NCBI RefSeq assembly: GCF_006345805.1
Contig: NC_042997.1
Location: 87,172,001 to 87,236,000, forward strand
Reading direction: 5' to 3'
Origin: Octopus sinensis
Taxonomy: Eukaryota
DNA: 64,000 nt
The notes under the pieces were generated by a model. It was not told where the DNA came from. It did no database searches and saw nothing but the letters and a program-made list of their open reading frames with translations. The translations under genes were made by a program, and so were the position numbers. Positions within the stretch are counted from its first letter, which is position 1, and the number at the start of each line of letters is the position of its first letter. Shown here piece by piece: positions 40,791-54,300 of the stretch.

Positions 40791-41319
40791 AAATGTTTGT
40801 AAATATTTATTCAGGGAACTAGCAAATCTAAGATAAGATCATACCCACTAGCATGTCTAGAATAGAAATTAAGAAAAAGCCATTAAAACTTGTTGACATT
40901 TAAAAAACTGCTCTCTTTGACATAAAGCTTTGATTAAAGCATCAGGATTATTTCAACATTGCATACAAACCTATCAAAGTTCATGAACTTTGCTAAACAT
41001 TTGTCTATTGATGCAGTCAACCACTAGAGCCATCCAAAATATTTGACACCTCTGTTATATGTAGGTTTAACGCCAAATGTTACATTGCTCATGTAATGAG
41101 CAATGAAAAGTTTGTGAAATGGTTAAATATTTCTCCTGACAAGACAAATCACGAAGGAACTATAAAACTTTCTGACAAAGTAATTGAAGCACTGCAGCTT
41201 TTTAAGTTTAGCGTTATGCTTAAATTATAGTAAATCAAAATCAAAATGCATTTCACATCAGGAAGTATAATATTTTTGTAAGTGTTTTCAAGCTGAAAGG
41301 CAACCAGGTGAGAGACATT

Positions 41320-41928
41320 TACAAGGGTAGGCTGAAAAGTTCATAGGCTGACTATGGAATGATGCTAAAGCTGTGAAACCTTGCATATGCATTAATTTCA
41401 GCTGCACTGTTTCTTTCCAGGTAAACTGACATCTGACAGTTTAAAAAAGACCTCAAAAGAAACTAGTTACGACTTCTCTTGAAAATGGAGAAAATTTGGC
41501 AAACACCCAGAAAAACTGACAAAAGGATACTTGTTTCATGAGGAGAATGCTCCAGTACACAAGACCTTGGTTTCAATGGCTGCTGTGTGTGACTGTGGCT
41601 TTGAACTGGTCGATTACCCTACCCACCTGACTATGCATATAAGCCTGCTTGACTAATGACTGCAGTTACTCCATTGCTTCCAAAACAAACAACATAGTAT
41701 ATGGTAACACAACTGGAAACTAGTATTGCAGTGATGATGACATCATATCTGCTGTTGATGACTTTTTTGACCAACAGGATGAAAGCATCTTCACCAACGA
41801 GATCCAAGCATTACAACACTGATAGAAGTATATGGAACACAGGATGGAATATATTGAAAAATAAACCGCATTTGGTCACATTTCATGAGAGTACCCTGGT
41901 TAGCATATGAACTTTTCAGCCTTCATGT
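41320..41928 (+). mobile_element. Mariner deletion derivative
   Basis: Terminal repeats GGCTGAAAAGTTCAT / ATGAACTTTTCAGCC; FHEENAPVHK and DDIISAVDDFFDQQDE motifs; same family as 27948 and 32641. Confidence 0.85.
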
Positions 41929-43155
41929 TGTTGGTTAGACCCACATCAACTCTAACTTAGCTGATCTGTAATTAAAGGTATTCCACAGAGTAGGTCTAGA
42001 GCTATATTATTCCAAATGTCTTTTTTTTTACTGAAGACAGGATACAATAGTAAGTCAACTGCCATGTAAAATACTCCCACTTAATTCCCACATAAGCATG
42101 TTCAATGAAATGACCCTCTATAATGTTAAACATGGATTATAAATTCATATTAAGTGCAGGTATCTACATTTGCAAAGAAAGCATTTAATCTTATATATCA
42201 CATTTCAACAAGGTATTAAGACGGGTTAGGTGCCATGGAGTGGGACTGAACCCGGAACCATGTGGTTGGTAAGCAAGCCCCTCCTACGCCTACGTTAAAT
42301 CATCTGAAGATGACCAATGTTTGTTGCAGAAATTCAGTCTATGGTTCTGTACTCCAGTACCTAAACCTTTTAGCACTCAAACCAGCCTAAATATTCTACT
42401 TGCTTTATGTTCAAACTGGCCAGATCCAGCATCTCACACTTACCAGACCATGTCATTCTAAAAATAAACTATCACTTATCGAAGTTTCAAAGCTGTGAGA
42501 TAATGCAGGATTAATTCAAAATAATGTGATACATTTGAGAAAGAAATGCGAATGATAAAAGGTCAAATTGTACTGTTTATATTAATATCCTACTCCTTGT
42601 CTGTTACTGTCACCAGTTTTCATTCATAAAGAACAGATTCGACAAAAGATACATGCTCAGATCATCACATTGTGGTATATATGATTAACTACAGCAGTCT
42701 AGAAAAGTTTAAACTGAGTTGTCAATTGCTCCTAAAATTCTGAACATACAATGTTATACATATAAGCCTGCTTGATTAATGACTGCAGTTACTCCATTGC
42801 TTTCAAAACAAATAGCATAGTATATATGGTAACAGAGTGATTAAAATACAAGAAAAGTAATGATCCATAACTTACTTAAATAATACAAACATTGTAAAGC
42901 AAACCAAAATGTTTTTTCAACTTGATATGAGAAATACTATCCAGCATAGAAATCTAATGAAATATAGTTAGTGATATAGTGTTTTCTCCAACAGCCTACA
43001 GCAATAATTTGCATTTTAATTCATCGAAATTGAGTCACTGTATAACTGGAAGTAAATAGTCTAAAAGAAAACGTGTAATTAGAATAACAACATATGTGAT
43101 TAACAACTGCACTCTCGATAGTTAATTTAATAAAATTACTATAACTTTAAATCAA

Positions 43156-43652
43156 TCTTATAAAATAGAAGCTGATCTTCGTCTGTCTGTCCATAACAGC
43201 ATCTATGTAGAATAGAGGTGAGAAGGGGAGATAACCCATCACAACGTATATTTACAAAGGAAAGGGAGAGAAAAAGTTGATTTTGAGAGAGAGAGAGAGA
43301 GAGAGAGTGAGTGTTATCATCATAGTCATTAACAAGTTTTGATTAAAAACAGGAGAATTTCAGGTGCAAGTCTGTCAGCACAATGCAACAGCATTAAAAA
43401 ATATTATATATACATATAATACGTGGTTATTTCTTTGGTTGATTTGTGTGTGTATTTCTCTGTGTTTTTGCATGTTTTTCAACATATAGGCATCGCAATA
43501 CAAACTTGAAAAGATTTTCACAATGGCAAGTTGCTGTTGTTGAGAGAAAAATAGTGAGAGAGTGTGTGAAACATGGAATTAAAATTTGTTTCAAGATCTA
43601 TTTTATCTTGACTATGTTGATACTCAGCAGTATAGCAACAGGTAATGACTAG
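43156..43652 (+). mobile_element. Non-autonomous Helitron-like element
   Basis: A|TCTTATAAAATAG...GTCTGTCTGTCC start and CTAG|T end; subterminal hairpin degenerate. Confidence 0.5.
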
Positions 43653-45162
43653 TTTTCAATGATTGGCAATTAATTTTTTGTAATTGAAAACTACTCTGGT
43701 CCTCAGATTGAACAACACAAAACAATATTAGCTTAAAAGATATCTTTAATGAAAATACATTCAGAAGACATACATAGTAATTTGAAGGTTAAAGAAGCAT
43801 AAGTCCCTGACAATCTTCAAGGGTTGAAGAGATTTCTCTTTTAACAACAGGACAGTTACCACTCCAAAGATAAAGAGTATTAATGAATAATAAAAAAAAA
43901 TAATTTAGATGCCATAAAAAAGAGAGGGCAACTATTTTAAATGAAGCAAAAGCTTAATTCCATTTTTGTTTTTCCCAGTCGCTATGAATATAGTCTTGTT
44001 CTACAAATAAAATTTTCAAGAACATTTTAAATGCAAAGCAGCAGCTAACTGAAGCTTCTTAAAACTATAAACACATGGGCAAATGATAGGACAAACATGA
44101 AAAAAAAAAAAAAAAAAAAAAATCAAATAATGGTTTTTTTACAACATTATATTATATTAAACCAAATATAAACAAATGTTAATATGCAAGAATATATCAT
44201 AAGCATCAAACTGAGAGCATAAATAAATATACCCATGTGTGCATTAATTATAACACACAGCTTGATATTAAGTGTTACTAAGAGATCTAGCTGATAAAAA
44301 TCCATTTCATTAAATGTTTTCTTCGAATTATCTTGCAATTTCATAAATTATTTTTTCTCTATTTTTCTTACTAAAGAGATTTTTTGATACAAGGAAAAAA
44401 AATCCTCATCAAAATCAGCATCAAGTTTCAAAAGGAAACTTGAAAAAATCTGAAAAGTGCCCGACTCGGTCCATAACAGTTATTTCAGGTTAAAACTGAT
44501 ACAATTGTATAAATGTTATGAAAAGCAGTTCATTTTCAATAAAACATTCTGAAGAAATTAATCTGAAATATAGTATGCATTTCTTCTTTTTTGTTTTGTT
44601 TTTGCACTCACCTAAAAGATCATTTTAATATATGAGTTATATATATCAAGATGCAATACAATTTATTTTTTTTACAAAATTTAACAATGCTTTTAAGTAG
44701 AAAATTTGTCAGTTATTTTGATTTTATATAATTTAATAAAGTTGTTTTCCTACTGGCAAACTTTAAAACAAAAGAAAGTGTTCATTGCAATTTATATCAT
44801 CTGCATATTTTCTAAAGTTTTCTTTTTACTCATTGAGTTAATTTCAAGCAGAAGTATATCTTATATAAATGCATTCTGCTAACCAATAACTGCTAGCGGT
44901 GTACATTTAGTTTAGATTTCTTCAACTAGGAATAATTTAAAGGATAAAAATGCAAGATATAGTTATAGTATATAAGGAGTGGTAAAAGCCAGTTTTCAGA
45001 ACCTCAGTAACATATTTTAAGAATAAAAATAATAGTAATAACAGTTAACATTACTTTTTAGTGGTAATCATGGTTACGAAGTTATCACTGATAACTTAGT
45101 AAAAATGTGAAAATCACATTGCTAATAGTCACAGGATGCTCTTTAACTCAAACTGCCTAACA

Positions 45163-45212
45163 TCAAGATTTCCCTTTCAGTTTATTTGCCGTAGATTTGG
45201 CACAATCTTTGG
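45163..45212 (-). CDS. PDAP1: PDAP1 last coding exon (AKDCAKSTANKLKGKS*)
   Basis: Strong polypyrimidine/CAG acceptor at 45214-45213; phase 1 fits the previous exon; TGA at 45165-45163. Low sequence conservation, so assigned by phase and length. Confidence 0.75.
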
Positions 45213-46732
45213 CTGAAATTACAAAAAAAAAAAAAATAATAATAAATAAATAAGTATAAAACAATAAAATGTTTAATTAATTACAATCTGGAAATATCAA
45301 TATATATATATATATGTAAACAATCAATAATCAACAAGCTACAATAGCATCCACCCTTAGGGGTTAGCCACATTTAAGTGGCAAAAATACTTCACTATGT
45401 AAACAATATTACAACAGAAATAAGAGATTTATATTAAAATATTTGATACATCTGTTCTGTTTACACCTAGAATATACAGTAAACAAAATGAATTTACTAA
45501 TACCACTATCACATGTCAGGAAGAGTCCATAACAGTATTTGGTCAATGCAACTGATCAATATCAGTGCAGAGAAGGATCCACTCTTAATCAGTTGTTACA
45601 TGATGGCACAGCTGGTATATTTACCCAACTGTTTACACATCAGAAACAGCCAGTATATTTATCTATATCACATTTATCACCAAATAAAAATGCAATGGTA
45701 ATGAAATTAATTTCCTGGACTTATGAATCTTAATTTGAAACCCTGCATCAAACAGTGAAACTAGTGACCAAGAAAGCACAATACACCAAGTAGCTGGAAA
45801 AGAAGTTCTTTTCCAGTAATATGATAATGTCAGTTTTGCTTCAAATGTCTTTTTGTGTTCTCGCTTACTAACATGTGTTGAATAAGTCAACAAAATTTGA
45901 TTTGATTAAGTGCTTTTATAAACTAATAATGAATTATTAAAACCATTATAACATGAGTGTTGTTTCTCACTTTAATTTTATGAAAAAAATTTAAAATTGA
46001 TTATACTTTAATTGAACATAATTTTTGTATTTCCTGTTTTACTTCAGTTTTTTTAATCCTAAATTGAGGCTTTCACAAATTTAAAGATTAAAATACTGTT
46101 GGAGAATTTTTCTTTTTTTTACAGTTGTGTGTAATTTCTTTTGCTAACCAATCAACAATGAAGCTAGGGTGAAACCCACTAGCTAGTAAAGTAAATTCCC
46201 TAACTCAGTGACGTAACAGAAAGGCAGAAGTAAGGTTCAAACAACTTAGCCATTGTACCTCAAAAGAAATCTTTATTTCAATTGTTCTGCTAACATAGAA
46301 ATTAATCTTACAAGAACAACTATCTTTATATAAAAAAAAATCCTGTTTCTGAAATAGCATTTTAAGTGCAGGGGTAGCAATGGAAGTTCATTTCTCAAAC
46401 ATCTGGTTTCAGTTTCAGTTCCACTCAGCAGCACTTTGAGCAAATGTCTTCTATTGTAGCGTGAGCTGACTCAAGTCTTGTGAGTGAATCTGATAGAGAA
46501 TGAAAGAGACGTGTGCGTGTACGCATGCATACATGCTGATATGTGTGTTTGTTTACACTTTTGCTTGTTTCATATCTTCAAAGCCACATAGAATAAGAGA
46601 TCCTTTACTTGAAAAATAGGTAACGGTTAGTGATAGGAAGGGCATCTGGCTGTAATGTCTCAATAACATTCATGTATCCCATACAAGCAAAGAAACAACT
46701 GTAAAATTGAGTGAATGTATAAGTCCTATTAC

Positions 46733-46884
46733 CTTTTTTGTCATCTTCACGTCTCTTAGCAGACTCTTCTCTTTGTTTCTTTATAAGTGCTAAACGAGCA
46801 AGATCTGCTCTGGCTTCTTCTGTTTTGCCCATTACATGGAGTTGCTGATACCTAATTCGAGCTTGTTGTTTTTCAATTTCTTCC
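46733..46884 (-). CDS. PDAP1: PDAP1 coding exon ([50 protein letters not shown])
   Basis: Contains the diagnostic [19 protein letters not shown] motif; AG/GT boundaries, phases 2 and 1. Confidence 0.95.
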
Positions 46885-49367
46885 CTGAAAAATGTTTCAG
46901 AAATATATCTATTTGCATATTTTTGAAAAAAAAAAAGTTAATACAAGCTCAAAAGTGTCAACATAGTGTTAATTGAAAAGAACTATTACAGCATGTAACA
47001 AAAATTTTGTTTGTCTTTGGTTAATAAGTTTTATTTCCTATTTGCTTCTATCGAGAGAAAAATGACTACTTTTCCCTTCAAACTTTACTCTTGTGACTTG
47101 GATACCAATATTTTGAAACTGACCTATTTTCCATTACATTTCAGACAAATTCAGCACTGAGTTGCTGAAGCAGAAATATCTGTAGCAAATATTCTGCTCA
47201 ATACCAGAGATTTGCTCATCAGTTGCTTAACCATAAGCACTTGAGCATGTCCCTCAGAGGCTGATAATATGGGTATCTCTGATCATAAGCAAGAGTAGTA
47301 GGGGAGAATTGTAGCCATGTGTTGAGAGAGATTCTTTGAGGTTTAAATAAATGTAAAAAAAGCAAAGTTTGAAGGAAATATTAGCCATATAGGAAATAAC
47401 AGTTGCTACCAAAGGACAAAAATCAATGTACAAAGTGTTATTGGTTAATTACATAGATGGATTAGTAATTACTTTCAAGTAAAAGAAAATTTTCAAAAAA
47501 CACAATGCAAACAAAATATGAATTAGCAAACAATCCGTTATACAAATTTTCATGTCAGACCTAATTCACTAAGCTATAACTAAAATAAATGAAATTCAAA
47601 ATTTTTCAAAGGGTAATATTTGAAAAAGAGAATAGGAGAATCAAATTCAATAAGAATGTTTCTTTCTATTTTTTGAAGCTATGATTGTGATGCGTAAATT
47701 TCCAAAGATACTGACAAAACAGCTTTAATGAGAATTAGTTGACTGTTTTTGGATGCTTGTTGCTTTATGTCTATAAGTGATCTTCACTTGTGCACTGGTG
47801 TGAATTTGTGCGTATTTGCATTAACATTATATATTTTTAAAAAAGCAGAAAAGGATCTAGTTATTAAGCATCTGATCCTGATTATCACAGAAGAGTTAAT
47901 CAAAGTTAATACAGTGGGTAATAAGATCTATTTGGTTTACTGAAGGAATTTTAGTAATTAGATTATTTCAAATTAAATTTAAAATATATTTTTACATCCA
48001 CCAGTGACTTCAAAACAATTTTTTGCAATAGCTTAACCCTTTCATTACTAACCTGACCAAAATAACTTATTCACAATTAAATGAAAATTTCAATGCAAAT
48101 CTTGTTACATTCGTGGAAATGCATCTTTTCAATTGTGCTATACTGTCTGACATTTTTTAACACGAATATTTTCTCCAGCAGTTTTTCTACATTAAATTTT
48201 CTTTCACTCTTACATAAAAAAAAAATGTTATTTCATATTCACAAACAGCAGCAGCAAAATCAAATGAAAAGTGCAGCAAGTATATCCATGCCTGACGGAC
48301 ATATTGATTCCTAATAGCAAAAGCAGCAACTTCAACAATATTGATGATGGGATAATGAGTTTTTACCAGAAACAAACCGAAGTAAGGATTTAAGAACTAT
48401 TTATCCTGAAAATTAATCAGATGAAATTGGACCTAGAGAGTCTTTCTGATGAGTCAAAAATACTTGACTATTTCTTTAAATTTCATTTATCCCTGTTCAA
48501 TTATTCCAGACAATGTCAGAAACAAACTTATGTAGAATGTGGTTGTCTCCATGGTTGGGGAAAATATGAGTACTTCTTGCTACAAACATTAACCATGGAC
48601 ATTAGGAAGCTGCCCACAATTACAAACTGCTAGAGTATGGATGAAACTTTTGACAACCTACCAGCACATTTTAAATATAATGATGTGAACACACTTGATG
48701 TTATGTCAGTACTTTATAAGACACCAACAGCACACCAGTATATGGAGTGGATTATGATAACCCCTTATCTAAAATAACACCATCTTCAATACTGTTGAAA
48801 AGATTTTAAAATCTATTACAGACTAGGAAGGTGACTGTTTATTGATAGTTAGAAAACCCTTGAAGGTTTCCAATAGGCACTTTACACCAGACAAATCTAC
48901 AAAATAGGAGATCCAAGTTTGGAAGATTAATGAGGAGAGTACTGGATATTGGCGTGGGGTTAATCTTTATAGAGGGGAAAAGGACAGTGATGCAAGACAA
49001 TATCACCTAGAGTATGATGTATGGAAATTATCATTTTAATATCATAACCAGAGTTGTATGCTATTTTTTTATCAGTTTTTCAATGGTCAACTTGTATTGA
49101 ATATAGAGGTTACAGCAACATATGTGCTAGTGAATACAAATAGAAAAAGAGTTGTAAATGGATATAAACAAAAAGTGCAGAATTAAAAAAAATTAGGTGA
49201 AATAATTCAACAGAAAGAAAATTTGCTTGCATACAGAGATAAGCAGCAACTACATGTGAATGAAAACAAAGCAATACAACTATCTATAGTTCCGGGTAGA
49301 GATGGTTATAAAAAATTTACTATCGAGAGATAGGCCAGGGATGCATCTTTTTGAATTCAGCCCATCA

Positions 49368-50660
49368 TCATCGTTTAACGTCTGCTTTCCATGCTGGCAT
49401 GGGTTGGATGGTTAGGCTGAGGATAGGCGAACCAGAAGGCTGCACCAGGCACCAATCTGATCTGGCAAAGTTTCTACAGCTGGATGCCCTTCCTAACACC
49501 AACCACTCCGAGGGTGTAATGGGTGCTTTTACGTACCCCCGGCATGAGGGCCAGTCAGACGGCACTGGCAATGACCACACTCAAAAGGTGTTTTTTTACG
49601 TGCCACCTGCACGGGAGCCAGTCTCGTGGCACTGGCAATGACCACGCTACAATGTTGTTTTTCACATGCCACAAGCACATGTGTCAGTAAGGTGACGCTG
49701 GCAACGATCACGCTCGAATGGTGCTTTTTATGTGCCACTGGCATGAGAGCCAGTCAGCGACCTTGGCAACGATCATGCTCAGATGGTACTTTTAACGTTC
49801 CACTGGTACGAGTGCCAATTAGGTGGTTCTGTCATCGGGCATGTCAGCGATTTTGATTTCACTTGCCTCAACAGGTCTTCGCAAGCAAAGTTTATTGTCA
49901 AATGAATGAAGGGTTCTCATAAGTGGGCTGGTTATACACCACTGGCACAGGCCATGAGTTATGGTCTCACTTGGCTTGTTGGGTCTTCTCAAGTACAGCA
50001 TACCTCCAAAGGTCTCAGTCACTAGTCATTGCCTTAGTGAGGCCTAATGTTTGATGGTTGTGCTTCATCCCAGGTCTTCCTGGGTCTACCTCTTCCACAA
50101 GTACCCTCAACTACTAGGGTGTGACACTTTTTCACACAGCTGTCCACATCCACTCGCAACACACGAACATACCAGCACAGCCGTCTCTTTTGTACAGCAC
50201 ATCTGATGCTTCTTAAGTTCAACTTTTCTCTCAGGGCGCTTACACTCTGTCGTGTATGCACACTGACATTACACATCCAGGGGAGCATATCGGCTTCATT
50301 CCTTGCAAGCTTACACATGTCATCAGCAGCCATGGTCCATGTTTCACTGCCATGTAGCATGGCTGTTCATACACATGCGCTATAATTTACTATCAGGAGA
50401 TAGGCCAGGGATGTGAGAGGCCCTTTGTCACCAGCAGAGGTGGGAACTCTCTGAACTTTGCCCAGGCTATACTTATCTAGCAGCTACACTTTCAGAGCAT
50501 CCACCCCTGCTACTGACTTGGTCCCTAGGTAACGGAAGCTACCAACTACTACTAGTTTTTCTCCTTGGAATGTGACAGAAGCTGTTCTCTGCACATTTTC
50601 AGTGTTTATTGCTCCTGAGCATTTGCCACATACAAAAACTATCTTCCCAGTTAGCCTTCC
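49368..50660 (-). mobile_element. RTE-clade LINE, 3' portion with long 3' UTR and (GAT)n tail
   Basis: ORF 50034-50360 (LHGSETW...RRLCWY...GRGRPRKTW); same family as 29253 and 34249. Confidence 0.85.
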
Positions 50661-51013
50661 TTCTCCATAATAAAAAAAAATAAATAAAAAAAATACCCAA
50701 AACAAAGAAAGTGAACCATGAATGCCAACAAAAAGAAAGAAAACTCCTAGTGGACAGTTAATTGAAACAACTTTCCAATGTGTATTCTGCCAGGTTGCAT
50801 TATGAGCAGCAAGATGATGGTTTACAAGTTTCTGACAGAAATATTAACTTGTATATTTGTGTGTGTGCATCTGTGTATAATCTGACTTTTAGAAAATCAT
50901 TGTGTACTTCTGTATGTGTGTGCTGTGTATATATTTGTGAATCTCTATCATTTTGTATTTTATCTCAAACAAACCCCAGTATTTCATGCTATTTTACCTT
51001 TATGGTCTACTTG

Positions 51014-51052
<39 letters not shown>

Positions 51053-51099
51053 TCAAATGAAAATTTAACAATAGGCACAATTTATATTACAATTTTGTT

Positions 51100-51860
51100 A
51101 CATTATTTACATTTGATGGATATTTGTCCTCATCTTGTTTGTTGTTAACACATTTCAGCTGATATACCCTCCAGCCTTCATCAGGTGTCTTGGGGAAATT
51201 TCAAACCTGTGTTCTCATTTCTAAGGTATTTTTCGATATTATTATTATCCTGTCACAAGGATGGTATTCCATTAAGACCTATAGTGAGCTGTAGAGATTC
51301 AGCATGTCATCCACTGAGCCACTTCCTTATGGATATAATCAGTCCATTAGCACGAAAGTCAACATCGTATGTGAAGAATTTCACCCACTTCACAGAACTG
51401 ATTGTGTATGGAGAAATGGAGACCACTTCTCCCTGTGTGATGAAGTTAAAATAATAGACAGATAACACCACTGGAAAATAATGAAAAATAAAGGAAGCAG
51501 TACATATGCTAGGACACAACAACCTCCTAAACAGACAGAGTGCAGATATGAATAGCATTTGGGAACTGGTATTAAGGAAGGATAGGAAAATATTAGATTT
51601 ATAAGCCCCCAAAAATTCACTCCATAATTCCCCACAGGCAACTAATGCCAAGATTCCGAGTTCGATACCAGGCAGTGACCTGAACAACAACAACATCGAA
51701 AAATACCTTGAGATTGAGAACCCAGGCTCGAAATTTCCCCAAGACACCTGATGAAAGCTGGAGGGTATATCGACCGAAACATGTTAACAACAAACAAGAT
51801 GAGGACAAATATCTGTGAAATGTAAATAATGTACATAATTTCTCATCTCTTAAATATAGA
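51100..51860 (+). mobile_element. Short Penelope-like element with inverted terminal repeats
   Basis: DGIPLRPIVSCRDSACHPLSHFLMDIISPL (Penelope RT N-terminal motif) between 140-bp inverted repeats 51100-51238 and 51696-51835. Confidence 0.8.
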
Positions 51861-52401
51861 ACTGTACAATTTTGTTGTATATCCATCTGAAGATTAGCTA
51901 ATAGCTCATTTTCTATGGTGGATGTTCCAACAAAATTTAATTTTACATTTTACTAAATTTACTTGTATTTACATGCAATGAGATTCGTTTTGAAACCAAA
52001 AAAGAATCATATAATAGATTTACAACCTTTTGCTAGGTTCCAAAAACCAGATTAATACATCAATAAGTGACATTTGAACTCACAATTATTTCAGAATTTT
52101 AATAAAACACACAGGGGAGATAATTTAATTAGAAATATAGTAACAAAAGCATTAAAATCAGTTAAGTTTTTATAATTTTTGCTTTCACAACCTTTCTTCA
52201 AACAGGAGCTGGAAAGCAGAATGTCTTTCCTCACATTAACTGATACTCATTTACTAGAATTAATTTGCAGCATAACAAAATGCTCAGGATTATAAATAGA
52301 AAATGTCCAATAACAGGCATAGTACATTATTCAATTTGCTTCAGTTGAGCTTGGAACAATATCACTTCTAAAATGCAAAAGATTAAAAAATTTTTATATA
52401 C

Positions 52402-52529
52402 CTCTCCCTTCTTGAAAGACCTTGAGCGGGATTCGGTTCCACAGTAACAGTTGCGGCTTTTTTAGTTTTGCTAACAACCCGGTTGGGGTTATCAATATCT
52501 ATAAGGTGCCCAACTCCTTTGGATTTACT
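52402..52529 (-). CDS. PDAP1: PDAP1 coding exon (SKSKGVGHLIDIDNPNRVVSKTKKAATVTVEPNPAQGLSRRE)
   Basis: KGV..LI.I.NPNR and LSRRER motifs; AG/GT boundaries, phases 0 and 2. Confidence 0.95.
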
Positions 52530-52585
52530 CTGGAAAATTTACATTAATCATTAATAAGCATAATATAAATGGTTTGAACAATGTT

Positions 52586-52810
52586 CACTCTTTAGCACTC
52601 AAATTCTTCAATCAAATGCAATGCATATACATTCACATTGTTTTGAATTAATCATGTATTACCTTGTAGCTTCAAGATTTCAGTGATGTGATTGTATAGT
52701 TTTAGAATGACATTGTAAGGTAGGAATGATAGGCCAAATCAGACTAGTTTGAACATAAAACAGGCAGAATATCTGAGCCAGATATAGCCAATTTAAATGC
52801 TAAAGGGTTA
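52586..52810 (+). mobile_element. piggyBac-type MITE, same family as 57420
   Basis: Internal match to 57420-57633; GCTAAAGGGTTA end. Confidence 0.7.
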
Positions 52811-53342
52811 CATATTTTTAAGTTAATATCAAAAGAGAATACACAATTCAAGGACCAGGAAATGGCTAAAATCTAAAATATATAAGCTCTCATCACCGTC
52901 ATATTAATGTCCACTTTTTCATGCTTGCATGGGTCAAAATTTTTTGAAGCAGATTTTCTACAGCCAGATGCCCTTCCTGTTTCCAGTTAAGGCAATATTT
53001 TCCCACAACTAGATATGTTTCCACAGAAGATTCGAAATGAAGGACACTTCTTGCATGATAGTGACATTCATTTTCAACTATCACATGAAGTCAAGACAAG
53101 GAGACTAACACACAAGGGGTTCTTTCAGTTTGTCTATCATACCCGCTCCTTAGGATTTGGTTGGCCCAGAGCTATGGTAGAAAACACTTCCCAAGGTGCT
53201 ACACTGAATCCAAAGCCATGTAGTTGGGAAGCAAACACCTGATGAAACTATTACACTTGTGCTTTAAATCCCAATAAGTATCTCTATATTTTTTCTGAGA
53301 TGAGATTACAGTGATGACTATTTTACAGTCTATTTCCTCATT

Positions 53343-53550
53343 TTAACCCATCAGCATATTAGGCTCAAATATTTTAGTTTTGCATTCATGCAAGCCAGAT
53401 CTGGCCTCTTACACCTACCCTACAATGCCATTCTAAAATAAACAATTCTATCACTGAAATCTCAAAGCTACAAGATAATGCTTAATTATTTTTTAAAATG
53501 TGACGAAATAAGCATTACATTTGACAGGGTAAATCTAAAAGTACTGAATG
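53343..53550 (-). mobile_element. piggyBac-type MITE, same family, inverted
   Basis: Reverse-complement match (GCATTACATTTGACAG, TTAACCC end). Confidence 0.65.
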
Positions 53551-54222
53551 TGTTGTTGACACATTTAGTCATTATTCTCTCCACTTGCACTCTGGTGCTA
53601 TCTCTGAGGTAAAACTAGCTGGTAAAATAAAGATTCCAGATTCAATCTCTGACCTATTTCAAGAATATTACTTGAAAACAATTGGGAAAAATATCATTTA
53701 AAACACTGTGCCAACAACACATCTAAGAAGAGGAAACAGACATTACTATAATTTTATCTCAGAAAAAATTTTTTTTATAGAAAATAATAAACAATTCAAA
53801 CTAAGCAAAAAAAAAAAAAAAAAAAAAAAAAACCAAAATGTTTAACCATTTTAAAATGACAATCCTCCAAGACAATAAGTCAGAGGTTAGAACAACAGCT
53901 ATCATTTAACATGTTGCTTCCATGCTGGCAAGGGTTAAACAGTTCAACAGGTTTTGACATGCTGGAGGATTATGTCATGCTCCAATGTCTACTTTCGTAT
54001 GGCTTCTACAACTGAGTGTGGTTCCTAACACCAACCATTTTACAGAGTGTACTGGGTGCTTTTTCATGGAACCACTACTAGTGAAGATTGCCTCAAAATA
54101 AAGGTCTCAAGGTCAATACCTGGTCAAGCTCAGGAATATAACTTGAAGATGATGAGATAGACTTCACCAATAAAAGCGATTTTCAACAACTTCAGAATTT
54201 TGCAACTGGAAAAGATAGTTAC

Positions 54223-54300
54223 CTCCTCTTCACTGTCACTATCCTCTGAAGATGAGCTACCACTTTTGGTTCCTTCTTCACAATCCAAACCTTTTTGCTT
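54223..54300 (-). CDS. PDAP1: PDAP1 coding exon (KQKGLDCEEGTKSGSSSSEDSDSEEE)
   Basis: 78 nt, phase 0/0, acidic Ser-rich segment in the expected position; TAG acceptor and GTAAC donor. Confidence 0.85.

Noticed and set aside
48446-48474. CTGATGA followed by a GTCAA/TTGAC hairpin
   Set aside because: The required GAAA is absent (TATT instead), so it is not a hammerhead.
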